The notes under the pieces: model-generated
Seen by the model: the letters and a program-made list of their open reading frames with translations, nothing else
Database searches by the model: none
What the model was told of the DNA's origin: nothing
Assembly (NCBI RefSeq): GCF_001194135.2
Contig: NC_068984.1
Location: forward strand, 83,750,045 to 83,796,433
From: Octopus bimaculoides
Lineage: Eukaryota
Direction of reading: 5' to 3'
DNA: 46,389 bases
Program-made: the position numbers and the translations under genes
In this document: positions 1 through 11,247 of the stretch, one piece after another
Position numbering within the stretch: position 1 is the first letter of the stretch
How the letters are laid out: every line of letters begins with the position of its first letter

Positions 1-322
1 AGTTCGTTGTTTTAATGGTTCTTTTCTGGGGTTGTTGCTTCACCGACCATATTTGTTTCCAGAATTCTTCCAGTTATTCTGCTGTTGGTGCTGCAGTAAT
101 GTCTATTTTATTTTTACCCAGTTCTTGGTAGAGTTTTTTGGGGTTGGATTTGAACTGTCTGTTTTGTTCAAAGAAACGTTGGCGTTTCTCATACCAGCGG
201 ATCCTTTGTGCTTTGGCAAGGATGTCTTGCTTTAGTTTTTCTTTTGCCTCGGGTAAGTCTTTTTCTGTAATGCTGTATTTGTACAGTATTTTTGTTTTCT
301 TCTTGTTACTTAGTTGTGTTGA
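1..322 (-). mobile_element. 5'-truncated fragment of an R4/Dong-like (RLE-class) non-LTR retrotransposon ORF
   Basis: My minus-strand translation is KKKTKILYKYSITEKDLPEAKEKLKQDILAKAQRIRWYEKRQRFFEQNRQFKSNPKKLYQELGKNKIDITAAPTAE*LEEFWKQIWS, with one premature stop. It resembles the pre-RT region of R4/Dong elements (recalled pattern LKQ..LA..QR.RRY..R...QN..F..N.K..Y..L...P..EE...FW..IWS). Confidence 0.65.
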
Positions 323-353
323 TTATTATTATTATATTATTATTGTTGTTATT

Positions 354-397
<44 letters not shown>
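323..397. repeat. Compound (TTA)n/(TGA)n microsatellite
   Basis: Seen directly. Confidence 0.95.
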
Positions 398-398
<1 letters not shown>

Positions 399-590
399 GC
401 GGCGAGCTGGTAGAATCGTTAGCAACGGGCGAAATGCTTAGCGTTAATTTGCCTATTGCTACGTTCTGAGTTCAAATTCCGCCAAGGTTGACTTTATCTT
501 TCATCCTTCGGGAGTCGATAAAATAAGTGCCAGCTGACTCATCCCCTCCCCCAAAATTGCTGCCCTTGTAACAAAATTTGAAACCGTTAT
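398..590 (+). mobile_element. tRNA-derived SINE family A (octopus OR-like), copy 1
   Basis: Head ggcggcgagctggtagaatcgttagca, B-box-like gagttcaaattcc and core aaggttgactttatctttcatcc; many related copies in this window. Confidence 0.85.
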
Positions 591-601
591 TATTATTACA
601 A

Positions 602-821
602 GGCGGCGAGCTGAAAGAATCGTTAGCACGCCGGTTGAAATGCTTAGCAGTATTTCGTCTGCCGTAACGTTCTGAGTTCAAATTCCGCCGAGGTCGACTT
701 TGCCTTTCATCCTTTCGAGGTCGATAAATTAAGTACCAGTTACGCACTGGGGTCGATGTAATCGACTTAATCCCTTTGTCTGTCCTTGTTTGTCCCCTCT
801 ATGTGGGCAATAAAGAAATAA
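602..821 (+). mobile_element. SINE family A, copy 2 (CpG-rich, pyrimidine tail ending aataaagaaataa)
   Basis: Tandem to copy 1 with the same head and core; retains CpGs. Confidence 0.88.
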
Positions 822-1329
822 ACGGAACATATGCATCTTCATCCAGACTTGCCAAGTAAAAAGAAAAAAAAACATCCTACTACACAATTTCTCTGCTTTA
901 GTGTGATTCTTTCCACCATTTGTGTGTAAGTTAATTTGTAATATGTAGATGAGGTATGTGGATTACTTGGAGTAATTTTGTTTCGTGCTGAGGTGGAAGT
1001 TTTCTCGAGATTAAGGGCTTATGTTTGGCTGAGAGTGTTTGGATATGTGATAATTGTTTGATGACTGTGTAGATTCTCATTCCGAATAGTGTGTACAGTT
1101 TTACATTTATTTTGATATATTTATATATTTTAAGTGTCACACGTAAGCATATATATTCTTTGTATACTTTAGAGAATCTTTTTTAGTAAAAGTATTGACT
1201 GAACGTAGGTACTTCAGTATTATATACAACGATGTCTGTGCTGTTAGTTATGTAGCCAATGTGTGCTTGAATACTTGTGAATAATTTTGTTGAATGAGAG
1301 TGGATTTGAGTGACACACATGGACATGTA

Positions 1330-1538
1330 CTCTTTTACTCTTTTGTTTCAGTCATTTGACTGTGGCCATGCTGGAGCACCGCCTTTAGTCGAGCAAATCG
1401 ACCCCAGGACTTATTTTTTGTAAGCCTAGTACTTATTCTATCGGTTTCTTTTGCCGAACCGCTAAGTTACGGGGACGTAAACACACCAGCATCCGTTGTC
1501 AAGCGATGTTGTGGGAACAACCACAGACACACTAACAT

Positions 1539-1545
<7 letters not shown>
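1330..1545 (-). mobile_element. SINE-like interspersed repeat sharing the aataagt...ggggtcgat core with family A
   Basis: Its reverse complement contains aataagtcctggggtcgatttgctcgact. A partial copy (aaatcgaccccaggactt) lies near 14590. Confidence 0.6.
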
Positions 1546-1573
<28 letters not shown>

Positions 1574-1580
1574 CACATAC

Positions 1581-2511
1581 AGGATCTTTAGGGTTTGACG
1601 GCCAACATTTTTTTATGTAGTGTTTTTGGTACCGAAACACTTTCAAACTTCGTATACTTGTATATTTTGTGGTATAGAACAGATAAAAATTTTTGTATCC
1701 GAAATTATTTCACGTTAAAAATTGGGATCTATTTCAAAACGGGGTTAGGGTTAGGGTTAGGGGATTAATACGATATACACCGTTACAGCGCTAACTGTTT
1801 TCAACTGGATAGACGTCAGTGCTTAGTAGAAATTATCGCGATAATTTCAACTAATCGCTGACGTCTATTCAGTTGAATACAGTTAGTGCTGTGACGGTGT
1901 ATATGGTATTAATCCCCGTTAGTTCTGACATTTCCGATTAACTAGACTGTTCGTAAACAAAGGGGAAAAAGCCATCAAAATACTTGAATATTGCCTGCAC
2001 TTGTTATTGGAGCTGGCAGAATTATTAATGCACCTCCACCAAGTGCTTCATTTCCTAGAAATAGCAACCAAATCTTCTTCGAATCAAACTCTAGTTTAGG
2101 GTTAGGGTTCGGATTTTAGAGTTAGGGTTAGGGTTTTGGTTATGGTTATGAGTTATAGGGTTATGGTTATGGTTATGAGTTATAGGGTTTTAGGGTTAGG
2201 GTTAGGGTTATAGGGTTTTAGGGTTAGGGTTATGAGTGAAGTTATGGCAACCCTAACCGTAACCCTAAAACTGACCCTAAAACTAACCCTAACTCTAGAA
2301 CCCGAACTTATTATATAAACAATATATGCGTATAAATTACGATTACACCGGATGAAATATGTCACAGGGAATAACATTTTTATGACCGGGAAAAAATTAT
2401 TGTTTCAGCTGAATAGACGTCAGTGATTGGTTGAAATTACAGAAATACGACAACTTTAACATGAAATAACTTGCGATGTACAATTTTTTGTTAACAAAGC
2501 TAAGAGAAAAA
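1581..2511. mobile_element. Palindrome-rich, probably non-autonomous repeat element containing TTAGGG tracts; right end lost in a gap
   Basis: 158-bp palindrome at 1760-1917, a third arm copy at 2401-2440, and TTAGGG/CCCTAA arrays. Family not determined. Confidence 0.55.
2094..2310. repeat. Degenerate telomere-like (TTAGGG)n array followed by an inverted (CCCTAA)n array
   Basis: Seen directly. A short TTAGGG tract also occurs at 1742-1762. Confidence 0.9.
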
Positions 2512-2947
2512 NNNNNNNNNNNNNNNNNNNNNNNNNNNNNNNNNNNNNNNNNNNNNNNNNNNNNNNNNNNNNNNNNNNNNNNNNNNNNNNNNNNNNNNNN
2601 NNNNNNNNNNNNNNNNNNNNNNNNNNNNNNNNNNNNNNNNNNNNNNNNNNNNNNNNNNNNNNNNNNNNNNNNNNNNNNNNNNNNNNNNNNNNNNNNNNNN
2701 NNNNNNNNNNNNNNNNNNNNNNNNNNNNNNNNNNNNNNNNNNNNNNNNNNNNNNNNNNNNNNNNNNNNNNNNNNNNNNNNNNNNNNNNNNNNNNNNNNNN
2801 NNNNNNNNNNNNNNNNNNNNNNNNNNNNNNNNNNNNNNNNNNNNNNNNNNNNNNNNNNNNNNNNNNNNNNNNNNNNNNNNNNNNNNNNNNNNNNNNNNNN
2901 NNNNNNNNNNNNNNNNNNNNNNNNNNNNNNNNNNNNNNNNNNNNNNN
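2512..2947. other. Assembly gap (N)
   Basis: N run. Confidence 1.
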
Positions 2948-2984
<37 letters not shown>

Positions 2985-3739
2985 TTCAAAAAAGGAAAAA
3001 GGCAAAAAAACAACAACAAAAAACGTGAGGACGTGATACAGATTGTGTTACTAGACGCTCGGGAACGCTATTTACTTTCTAGAACCCTTTCTTAATACCT
3101 AAAGCGTCCAACCTCAATGTCGTTAGAACATTGGTTCGATAATAATTAAACAGTACACCACTTAATTTATCCTGCTTTAATAATATTTCTCTAACCCTCT
3201 GAACTTTAACATTCCATCGTCTATTGCAAGCGTCTATTCCAAATTTCGATTCTATCCCTTCCTTTTTCCAAGTTCTTACAAACTATAACGGAGAAAGAAG
3301 AAGCAAACGATAAGATTTGGATTAGATGAATAAGCGACGATTTATTCCTCTCGTTATAAAAATAAGATTGCCAAAAGAGAATGATGATTATATTACAGTC
3401 TGGAACAAGGATTTAAATGACTTCAGTTCTGCTGGGTCTGTTGATGTGGCTGTGGTTTGCTGTCTGTTGCAGTAATGATGAAGACCGGAGAAGACTGGTT
3501 GAAGAAAGCTGTGAGACAGGCTGGATTTCTGATTCATCGACGCTGGTCCAAAGAGATGTGGTGTGTGGCCAACGGCTGCTGCTAAAGACCAAGCGAAGCA
3601 GAATGCAAGGGTTTTTATAACCTTGGGTAGGCTCCAGAGACAAAGCTGTCTTTCTCGCGTTGAAAACAAACTGTTGCAAACACGCGATTGGACAGTTAGT
3701 AACCGACCAACAGATGCAACTAATTTGGCAAGTAATACC

Positions 3740-4008
3740 NNNNNNNNNNNNNNNNNNNNNNNNNNNNNNNNNNNNNNNNNNNNNNNNNNNNNNNNNNNNN
3801 NNNNNNNNNNNNNNNNNNNNNNNNNNNNNNNNNNNNNNNNNNNNNNNNNNNNNNNNNNNNNNNNNNNNNNNNNNNNNNNNNNNNNNNNNNNNNNNNNNNN
3901 NNNNNNNNNNNNNNNNNNNNNNNNNNNNNNNNNNNNNNNNNNNNNNNNNNNNNNNNNNNNNNNNNNNNNNNNNNNNNNNNNNNNNNNNNNNNNNNNNNNN
4001 NNNNNNNN
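3740..4008. other. Assembly gap (N)
   Basis: N run. Confidence 1.
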
Positions 4009-4339
4009 CCGCGGCTAATATCAATCCATGGAAAGTAACTTTTCTTTCCTTCCATGGAAACTACCCACAACATTCTGATCAGTTATATGCCACAATCAGT
4101 AATTATTACAGCCCGACGATATGGTACCTTTTCTGAACCTAATCACATAAGTAAAATTTTACACTTTTTAAATTTTATGTACTCAAATGAAATTCATATA
4201 TAAAAAAATAAGCTTAAAAAGAATTTATTATATCAAATAAATAAAAAATGAAACATAGATGTTTGAATAAAAAATATAAAGTAAATTTGTCTTTTAGAAC
4301 TTTCCAAATGTATTATATCTCGCATCATTGCTGTCAATA

Positions 4340-5143
4340 AATAACTAATCTTTTTCAAAACATCTCTACGAATATGGCATATTAGAATATGATTCAACCT
4401 TTGCTGAGTCGTGGTCGATCACAATCAAGTTTTGAGTCTCCGCAGAGCGCTAAAAGATCTTTCAGCTTCACAAGAACTGGTTGGAAACACTAGAAGTAAC
4501 CTGAGCAATAGCTCAACATTTGGAAACATGCGACGGACTTCTGATTGCATTTCACCGAATATTTTCGATGATCCTTGAGAGATTATCCACTATGATGATT
4601 TCTATAAAAAAGCATTTCATTCCTTAAAAAATATTCCTCAAACTCTGGATACTGCATGATCACTTCAGCACAAAAATTTCCATTGAGGAAAATATTGCTC
4701 AGTTTTTCATAATCTGCTAAATCCTATGAAAAAAAACAATCTTACAAATTTGCTATTGCAGTATCCACTACCTGCAAACACTGCACTCTGTAATGATACA
4801 AAACAGTGCAGTGTTGATATTTTAACGCATTTCCTTCCTGGTATCTTCTGGGAACTTTTCGTTGCCCTGGAAAAATATCGAGTTGATAAATCATTTTTTC
4901 TGCTGTATTAAAAAGCTCCTGAAATTTTTCTTCACTGCGTAGATTTCTTTTTAGCTCCTCCTGCACCAGTTTGACATTCTGCAAGATACCATCTAGATTG
5001 ACGGTGGGACTTATTCTTTTAATTGGGAAAAAATACTGGAGACAAAAGATGGTTTGTCTCCCGTTCCTGAAAAAGTTGGTGGATACTTGTCCCCTGAAAT
5101 AAGGCCCTTGTATATATATTATGTAGGGGAGAGGGTGAAACAA
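4340..5143 (-). pseudogene. Decayed hAT-superfamily transposase, C-terminal part with the hATC dimerisation domain
   Basis: Minus-strand translation of about 4540-4385 is FGEMQSEVRRMFPNVELLLRLLLVFPTSSCEAERSFSALRRLKT*L*STTTQQRLNHIL, the typical hATC motif, with two TGA stops at W and R positions. The upstream ORF 4742-5143 (RSEEKFQELFNTAEK...RKVPRRYQEG...YRVQCLQVVDTAIANL) fits the same family. Confidence 0.85.
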
Positions 5144-5525
5144 GAAGTTGCCTTCCTTAGGTTATTCACAGACACTCCAATGGACTCAGGGCAGATAAGG
5201 TCCTTCAGCTCTTTAGCTGCTCATCAAAGAGAAAATGCCTCCTTACACATCCAGCATCCTGATAACAACTGGGCTCATGGCCCTTGCTGAACCTGACCAA
5301 TAGAAGTTTGAAAGATGAGAGAGTGGGACTGAATCTGTACAAACCAAGCCCACGATGATAATAATCATCGTGAAAAGTTTTCAGCAAGCCAAGGCACGAA
5401 CACCACATTTTCTCCAAAACTAAGAACACTGTGCAACTGTGTTTTGCTGAAATCTCATTCATTGAATGATCGAAATGATCCACCATGCATGCATGCATGT
5501 ATGTATGTATGTTTGTATGTATGTA

Positions 5526-6314
5526 TCAGTTGAATAAAGTTAAAACATGGTCTAGTTTCCACGTTCTTTATTATGGTATTTTAGCATTAAAAAAATATTT
5601 TGTAATGTTCATAAAATTCAATTAGCGCTTTCATACGTTCGTAGTAATCAACAGATTTCAAAATGTATTTAACTGACAGAGAATGTTTCTAATTTTTCCT
5701 TTCCACAAACTACATGACATAAGTGAGGTTGGAAGAAAGATGAAAGAAAAACGGTTTATAAAAATGTTCAAACCTGTTCTGAACGGAAATAACAACAATA
5801 ATATAACAACCAGTTAATGATGTGAATTAAAAAATATCTTTAACATATAAATATAAACAAATTACAGAAGACGCCCACCAATTGAAATAAAAACGATCGA
5901 AACCAACTGAGCTTGTTCACTCATGAAACCATTACATGTAAATCGTAAGCTAATTGGTTAAAATAAAGATGGGATGTATGCCAGTAATATCGGTACGCCC
6001 GGCAAACTGTGACGCTTAAACTGCAAGCGGATTGGTCAAAACCGTAAACCAAAAATTCAGATTGTTGGAGCGTTCTAAGAGGTACTACCAGTTGTCAAGA
6101 ACTCAACTGTCAGTTAAATACATTTTGAAATCTGATGATTACTACGAAAGCTCTAATTGAAGTTTATAAACATTACAAATTCTTTTTTTCATGTTGAAAT
6201 ACCATAAAAAACGTGAAAACCAGTTGAACTTTATGAACATAAACTATTTTTAACGTTAAAATACCATAATAAAAACCGTGAAAACCAGACCATGTTTTAA
6301 CTTTATTCAACTGA
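5526..6314. mobile_element. MITE-like element with ~100-bp terminal inverted repeats and TA target duplication (Tc1/mariner type)
   Basis: Left end TA|tcagttgaataaagttaaaacatggtct and right end agaccatgttttaactttattcaactga|TA; inverted similarity extends about 100 bp. Confidence 0.85.
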
Positions 6315-6352
6315 TATATTTATTCAATACACATTCACACAAATTCGGGGAA

Positions 6353-6359
<7 letters not shown>

Positions 6360-6432
<73 letters not shown>
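6360..6432. repeat. (TA)n(CA)n microsatellite; similar TA tracts near 1555, 2948, 7065 and 44265
   Basis: Seen directly. Confidence 0.95.
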
Positions 6433-6434
<2 letters not shown>

Positions 6435-6496
6435 CTACATATACTAATGTAAACATATACACATATACCAAATAGACACAGGTGTACTTGTGTTGT

Positions 6497-6610
6497 TAGC
6501 TTTGCCACCAGGTTTCAGATTCAATCCCAGTCTCACTGCATGGCATCTTGGGCAAGAGTTGGCTACTATAGCCATGAATTAACCAATACCTTCTGAATGA
6601 ATTTGGTACA
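6497..6610 (+). mobile_element. SINE family B, degenerate partial copy
   Basis: cactgcatggcatcttgggcaagagttggctactatagcc resembles the copies at 8216 and 20728. Confidence 0.55.
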
Positions 6611-7052
6611 CGTGCACGTGAATACAGATACTGCACGGCTTGTCACTACTCAATCAAAATGATGTTAATATTTACATTCCTGGGTGACCGTTTGCTCAAC
6701 GATTTCAACGACCTGTAAAATAAAATATGCTTTACATGCAAAGCAGGTATGGTTTTGTTTTTAAAAATGCATTCAGTCGTCAAATTTTGTCCCAAATAAG
6801 TCCCATGAAACCGAATTTACCTGTTTTTTTCTTCTTTTCTTTTCACAGTAAGCTTGCATTGGAAACAGACGTCGTATACTTTTATAATTTCTTTTTCTTA
6901 CCTCTTTGAAGCATTAGATCCCGTTTTTTTCCTTGTATTCTCACTGTACAGTATTTCATTATTGTTGTTTCGCTTCGTATTTCCACCTTTCTTCAACCAT
7001 GTTTTGTCTGCCTTCAGATATTTTCTCTTTACCTGAAAATCTTCCCACCTTT

Positions 7053-7109
<57 letters not shown>

Positions 7110-7160
7110 ATTCCGTGATAGTAAGATCAACGAAAAAAGTACACCGTCTGATGAGATGTT

Positions 7161-7327
7161 ATTTAATAAACACTATATTTTCTTATGTGCTACTATTAGT
7201 TTCATGTGCTGAGGGCATGTCTTTTAACACATCTGGTGTCCGAGCACAATCATCAGACTTTGTGGGCAGTGTCTGATGATTGCACATCAAACTAATAGTA
7301 GCACATAAAAACATGTGTTTATTAAAT
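7161..7327. repeat. Nested inverted repeat (hairpin MITE-like)
   Basis: Outer arms atttaataaacac...ttatgtgctactattagttt / aaactaatagtagcacataa...gtgtttattaaat; inner 12-bp stem 7247-7258 / 7271-7282. Confidence 0.7.
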
Positions 7328-7756
7328 TAAATTAAATTATATATAAGCAGTGCTAATGTTGTAAACATTATCGACCGCACATAATATATGCAAACATACA
7401 TATATATGTACATATACTCATATATGCACATAACTCACAGACATACATGTCCGGTTCCAACAATGATTATCCGGTCGATCAACTGAACGGTTTGCATTAA
7501 CATGTAAAATGGCCGACGATTTCGCAGACGTATACTCTCAATGCAATTCTCGGGTCAAATCAGTTTAACAACCTCGACCTTTTGAATTCTAAGTATAGTC
7601 TCCTAGCGTATTTCTTTATCAAGTAAAGTTTTATTCATAAGGCTCAGACACTTGCCCAAAATGTCACACGGCAGGATTGAACGCAAGAACTCCTGAAAGC
7701 AACTACTTAACCACTCAGTTATGTCCATTTCCACCTTATGCATAGACATAACGAAA

Positions 7757-8072
7757 GCGCGTAGTTTAGTGGTTAGGGTAATCGGCTCACGATTGTAAGG
7801 TCGTGAGTTCGATTCCCGGTGGCGCGTTGTGTCCTTGAACAAGATACTTTCTTTCACATTGTTCCAGTCTATACAGTTGGCAAAAGGGAGCTGTACCTGC
7901 AATTCAAAGAGCCAGTCTTGTCACAGTGCATCATGTTGAATCTCCCTAAGAATTACGCTAAGGGTACACGTCTGTAGAATGCTCAACTATTTGCACGTTA
8001 ACTTCACGAGTAGTCTGTTCATTGATCGGATCAACTGGGAACCTCGTCGTCGTAACCAACAGAGTACCAGTT
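7757..8072 (+). mobile_element. tRNA-headed SINE (family C) with A and B boxes
   Basis: A box TAGTTTAGTGG at 7762-7772 and B box GTTCGATTCC at 7807-7816, followed by gttgtgtccttgaacaagatactt, a typical SINE core start. Confidence 0.75.
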
Positions 8073-8215
8073 GTGCACACACACAGATACGTGGGCGCGA
8101 GTACATCCCAGATTAATTGCAGAAGCATAATTTGCCAACAATAGCAGTAATTCTGTATAATCTCAGAATCCTCCTCACTTATACCATAATAAAAAAAAAT
8201 TATCATCTGTATTAC

Positions 8216-8385
8216 AGGCGTGGCTGTGGGATTAAGAATCTTGCTTTCTATCCACGTGGTCTATGGTTCAGTTGCACTATACAGCACTTTAGGTGTCTTG
8301 TACTAGACCCGACCGACCACAGCCTTGTGAGTGGATTTAGAAAAAAGAAACTGGAAGAAGCACATCGTGTATATACGTGTGCATG
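8216..8385 (+). mobile_element. SINE family B
   Basis: aggcgtggctgtggg...ggttcagttgcact...gccttgtgagtggattt; related copies at 20728, 28716 and 30955. Confidence 0.75.
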
Positions 8386-9313
8386 CTGACGGCTTTAAAC
8401 GAGTATCACCATCACACAAGCAATGCTGTTTGTTTCCAGTCCTCTGTGAAAAATATCTGACTATGAGGAAATATGATCTTGCTTGGGAATAGGTGAAGAT
8501 TGCCAACAGGAAGGGCATCTGGCCGTAGAAAATTTCCCTCGTCAAATTCCGCCCGACCTATGCACACATAGAAAAATGGATGTTGAATAATAATGATGAC
8601 GATGATGGATGATGATGACTTTGAAAGAAAACTTGTGAAATGTAACTATTAGAAGATAATCTCATTTGAGATGATAATTTATATGATCGTGTTGATTAAT
8701 TATACAATAGAAATCCTCAAATACAGGTTGATAAATATTATGTAAGTAAATTGAGGAAAGAGCACTTGAAAAGGTAGGCAGACACATCGCCACCACATTG
8801 ATTCCATAGATGTTCCTGTTGCTACTGAAGTTTCATGTCTAGTGTGCCCACAATGTGAGAAATCTTGAGTCATTCAGTTGAGTCTTTAAAGTAAGCCATA
8901 GCCGGTGGTAAATTACCTTAAACATAAGCACATTCTACACACTCTCAATCACACAATCTCTCTCTCTCACACACACACTTCTGTGTTCCTTTTTTTAACA
9001 ATTATCAAGGAGACAAGCAACATAATCACATACAAGTCTCTGTATCACATACAAGCATATACATGGGTGGGGAGGTGAATTAATGATAGCCAAAAAGAAG
9101 AGTAAGGGTGTGAATAATAGCAGTGGTAGGAGAGATGGAGGCATTAGTGGAAGGTGCTGTATCCCATATTAATGATAGCAGAGGTGGGAAAAAGTTATTT
9201 TGAAGAGGAAAGGGTATTCAAAAGTGGCTTGTTATGGATGGCAACTTAGAAAACAGTAACAGTATTAGCAGTAGTAATGTTTGCCTATAGAAGCAGCAAA
9301 TAGCATAACAGAC

Positions 9314-9315
<2 letters not shown>

Positions 9316-9401
<86 letters not shown>

Positions 9402-9410
9402 TTGTGGGTG
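9316..9410. repeat. (GT)n microsatellite
   Basis: Seen directly. Confidence 0.97.
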
Positions 9411-11195
9411 TGTTGCTTCTGGATGTTGAACAAAAAAGAAAAGGAAAGCAGCTAGCCATGGCCAATCCACACAAAAAAAATTACATTAGCCAAAATGATC
9501 TGGTAAATACTTAGAAAATTTCTAGGCAGGTGACTAAAAATGATAGCATAATTATCATGGCCCTGAACATAAAGCAATTCAACTTTAACAGATGACAAAT
9601 GTATTCATCTCCAATTTATGATATACTTGAAAAATAAAACAGACTGAACTAAGTAATAGATCTAGTCCTCTCTACCTCTCTATAAACAATGTAATTGCAT
9701 AGAACATTTACTAACTGAATCTGAAATGAATAAAGAAAACTGGGAGGTCCTTGTCTATGTCAAAATTTGAACATCATTTCTAAATTTTAAAAAATGATTA
9801 GACAAGATTTTTTACAGACACACAACTCTACTGTTTATCTGATATATACTTGTTGAGAATTAAAAACAAAACACAACAGATCCATTGTGTGATTGGTTAT
9901 AAAGAGCAGCCAAATTTCCCTCAAATTACACTCTAAGTTTTCAATAGAAAAAAAATTAATAAAAATACAATAACTTGCAGAGTTAGGACTGATCTGAAGG
10001 GCTAAACAGCAGCAACCACTCATGACAAAGGTTTTCAAATATGACACCTGAATAAACATGTAACGAAATATTGAGGTACAAAAAACTAAAGTTGTACATG
10101 AGTTTATGTTAATTTCATTGACTAAAATTATAAAAAGTTTTAACAAAAAAAAAAAACCCTTAGAAGTGATTTTAAATCAATCAAAGAATCTATATGACAA
10201 AGATCTTTTGACCTTTGTACACAGGATGTTGAAGCAAAATAGCTTAGCTCATGCAACAATGTAAAAATAAGCAAATAAGTAGTACTATTCAAGTGATCTT
10301 TCCTAAAGCATGATACAGCATTATAAAGCAGAAAATGTTTGTGTAGAAGCAAGTAAATTCCATAATGAAATTTGGCCAATCTTCATAATCCATAAGTATG
10401 TGAAACCTAAATTTAACAAATCAAGTTAAGAAGGCCCAGACAGGCTGAATATCTCAAAGCAGATCAAATTTAGCAAACAGTAATGAAAGCTCTTGTCTTA
10501 GACATAAAAATTTTTGCAGCTTATAAAATACATTGCTATAGTATTCTATTTGCCATATTAAAACTAAATAGATACCCAAAGCCTCTTTGAAAACACATTT
10601 CTAAATCATTTCCTGGGAATAGTAAGGAATAGTTAATAAAATTAGCTTAAATGAAAGAAAGAAAAAATTCTATTAATAACAGAGATTCTTTAATTGGAAG
10701 GCAAGATGGGTACAAAGTTAAAGTACTGAACTACTGACTACATAGTTTCAAGTTCAAAACTTGATACTGTAGACAAAGCCTATATTTGTCTGCCTCAGTT
10801 AACCTGAATAACAATAGGTTCCTCAGTCTCTGTTCACAGTAACAAAAGTCATTGGCTGCAGAAATTACAACCATAAACACTCCATCAAAGTTATGTTAAT
10901 ACTAAAACCATGTAGAACAGCAGTAGAACTACAAGACTAGTGATTAGCTGTCAAAACTGGAAAAAATAGCATATTAGGAAGAAGGTCATAGTTGAGCAGT
11001 AGTTGAAGAATTAAGTAGAGGTGGTAGCTTTACTATTCCAGAACTACCACTTCAGTTCCTCAGTGACTGACAGTGGAAACAGTTAATAGGAAGAAAGCCA
11101 CACCTTCATAATACAGAAGCAAAAAATCTTGAGTAGAGCTTACCCTTTTGTAAAGTGGCAATATTAGAAATACTTTTAAAATATCAACAAAAAAC

Positions 11196-11197
<2 letters not shown>

Positions 11198-11226
<29 letters not shown>

Positions 11227-11247
11227 GTAATAATAATAATAATGATA
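11198..11247. repeat. (AAT)n microsatellite
   Basis: Seen directly. Confidence 0.95.

Noticed and set aside
2397-4136. Long ORFs spanning N runs (also 12155-12448, 17961-18858, 37781-38113)
   Set aside because: Artefacts of translating gaps as X.
6650-7050. Splice-like signals on both strands (attttacag|GTC and aacag|gtaaat on minus; gcag|gtatgg on plus)
   Set aside because: No consistent open frame or recognisable protein, so an exon cannot be supported.
7757-7830. Possible tRNA gene
   Set aside because: A and B boxes are present but the cloverleaf stems do not pair well, and the sequence continues into a SINE body.
9218-9514. Poly-HT/CV, poly-IY, poly-L, poly-V and poly-M ORFs here and at 138-413, 6278, 11060, 15309, 16215 and 44090
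   Set aside because: Translations of microsatellites.
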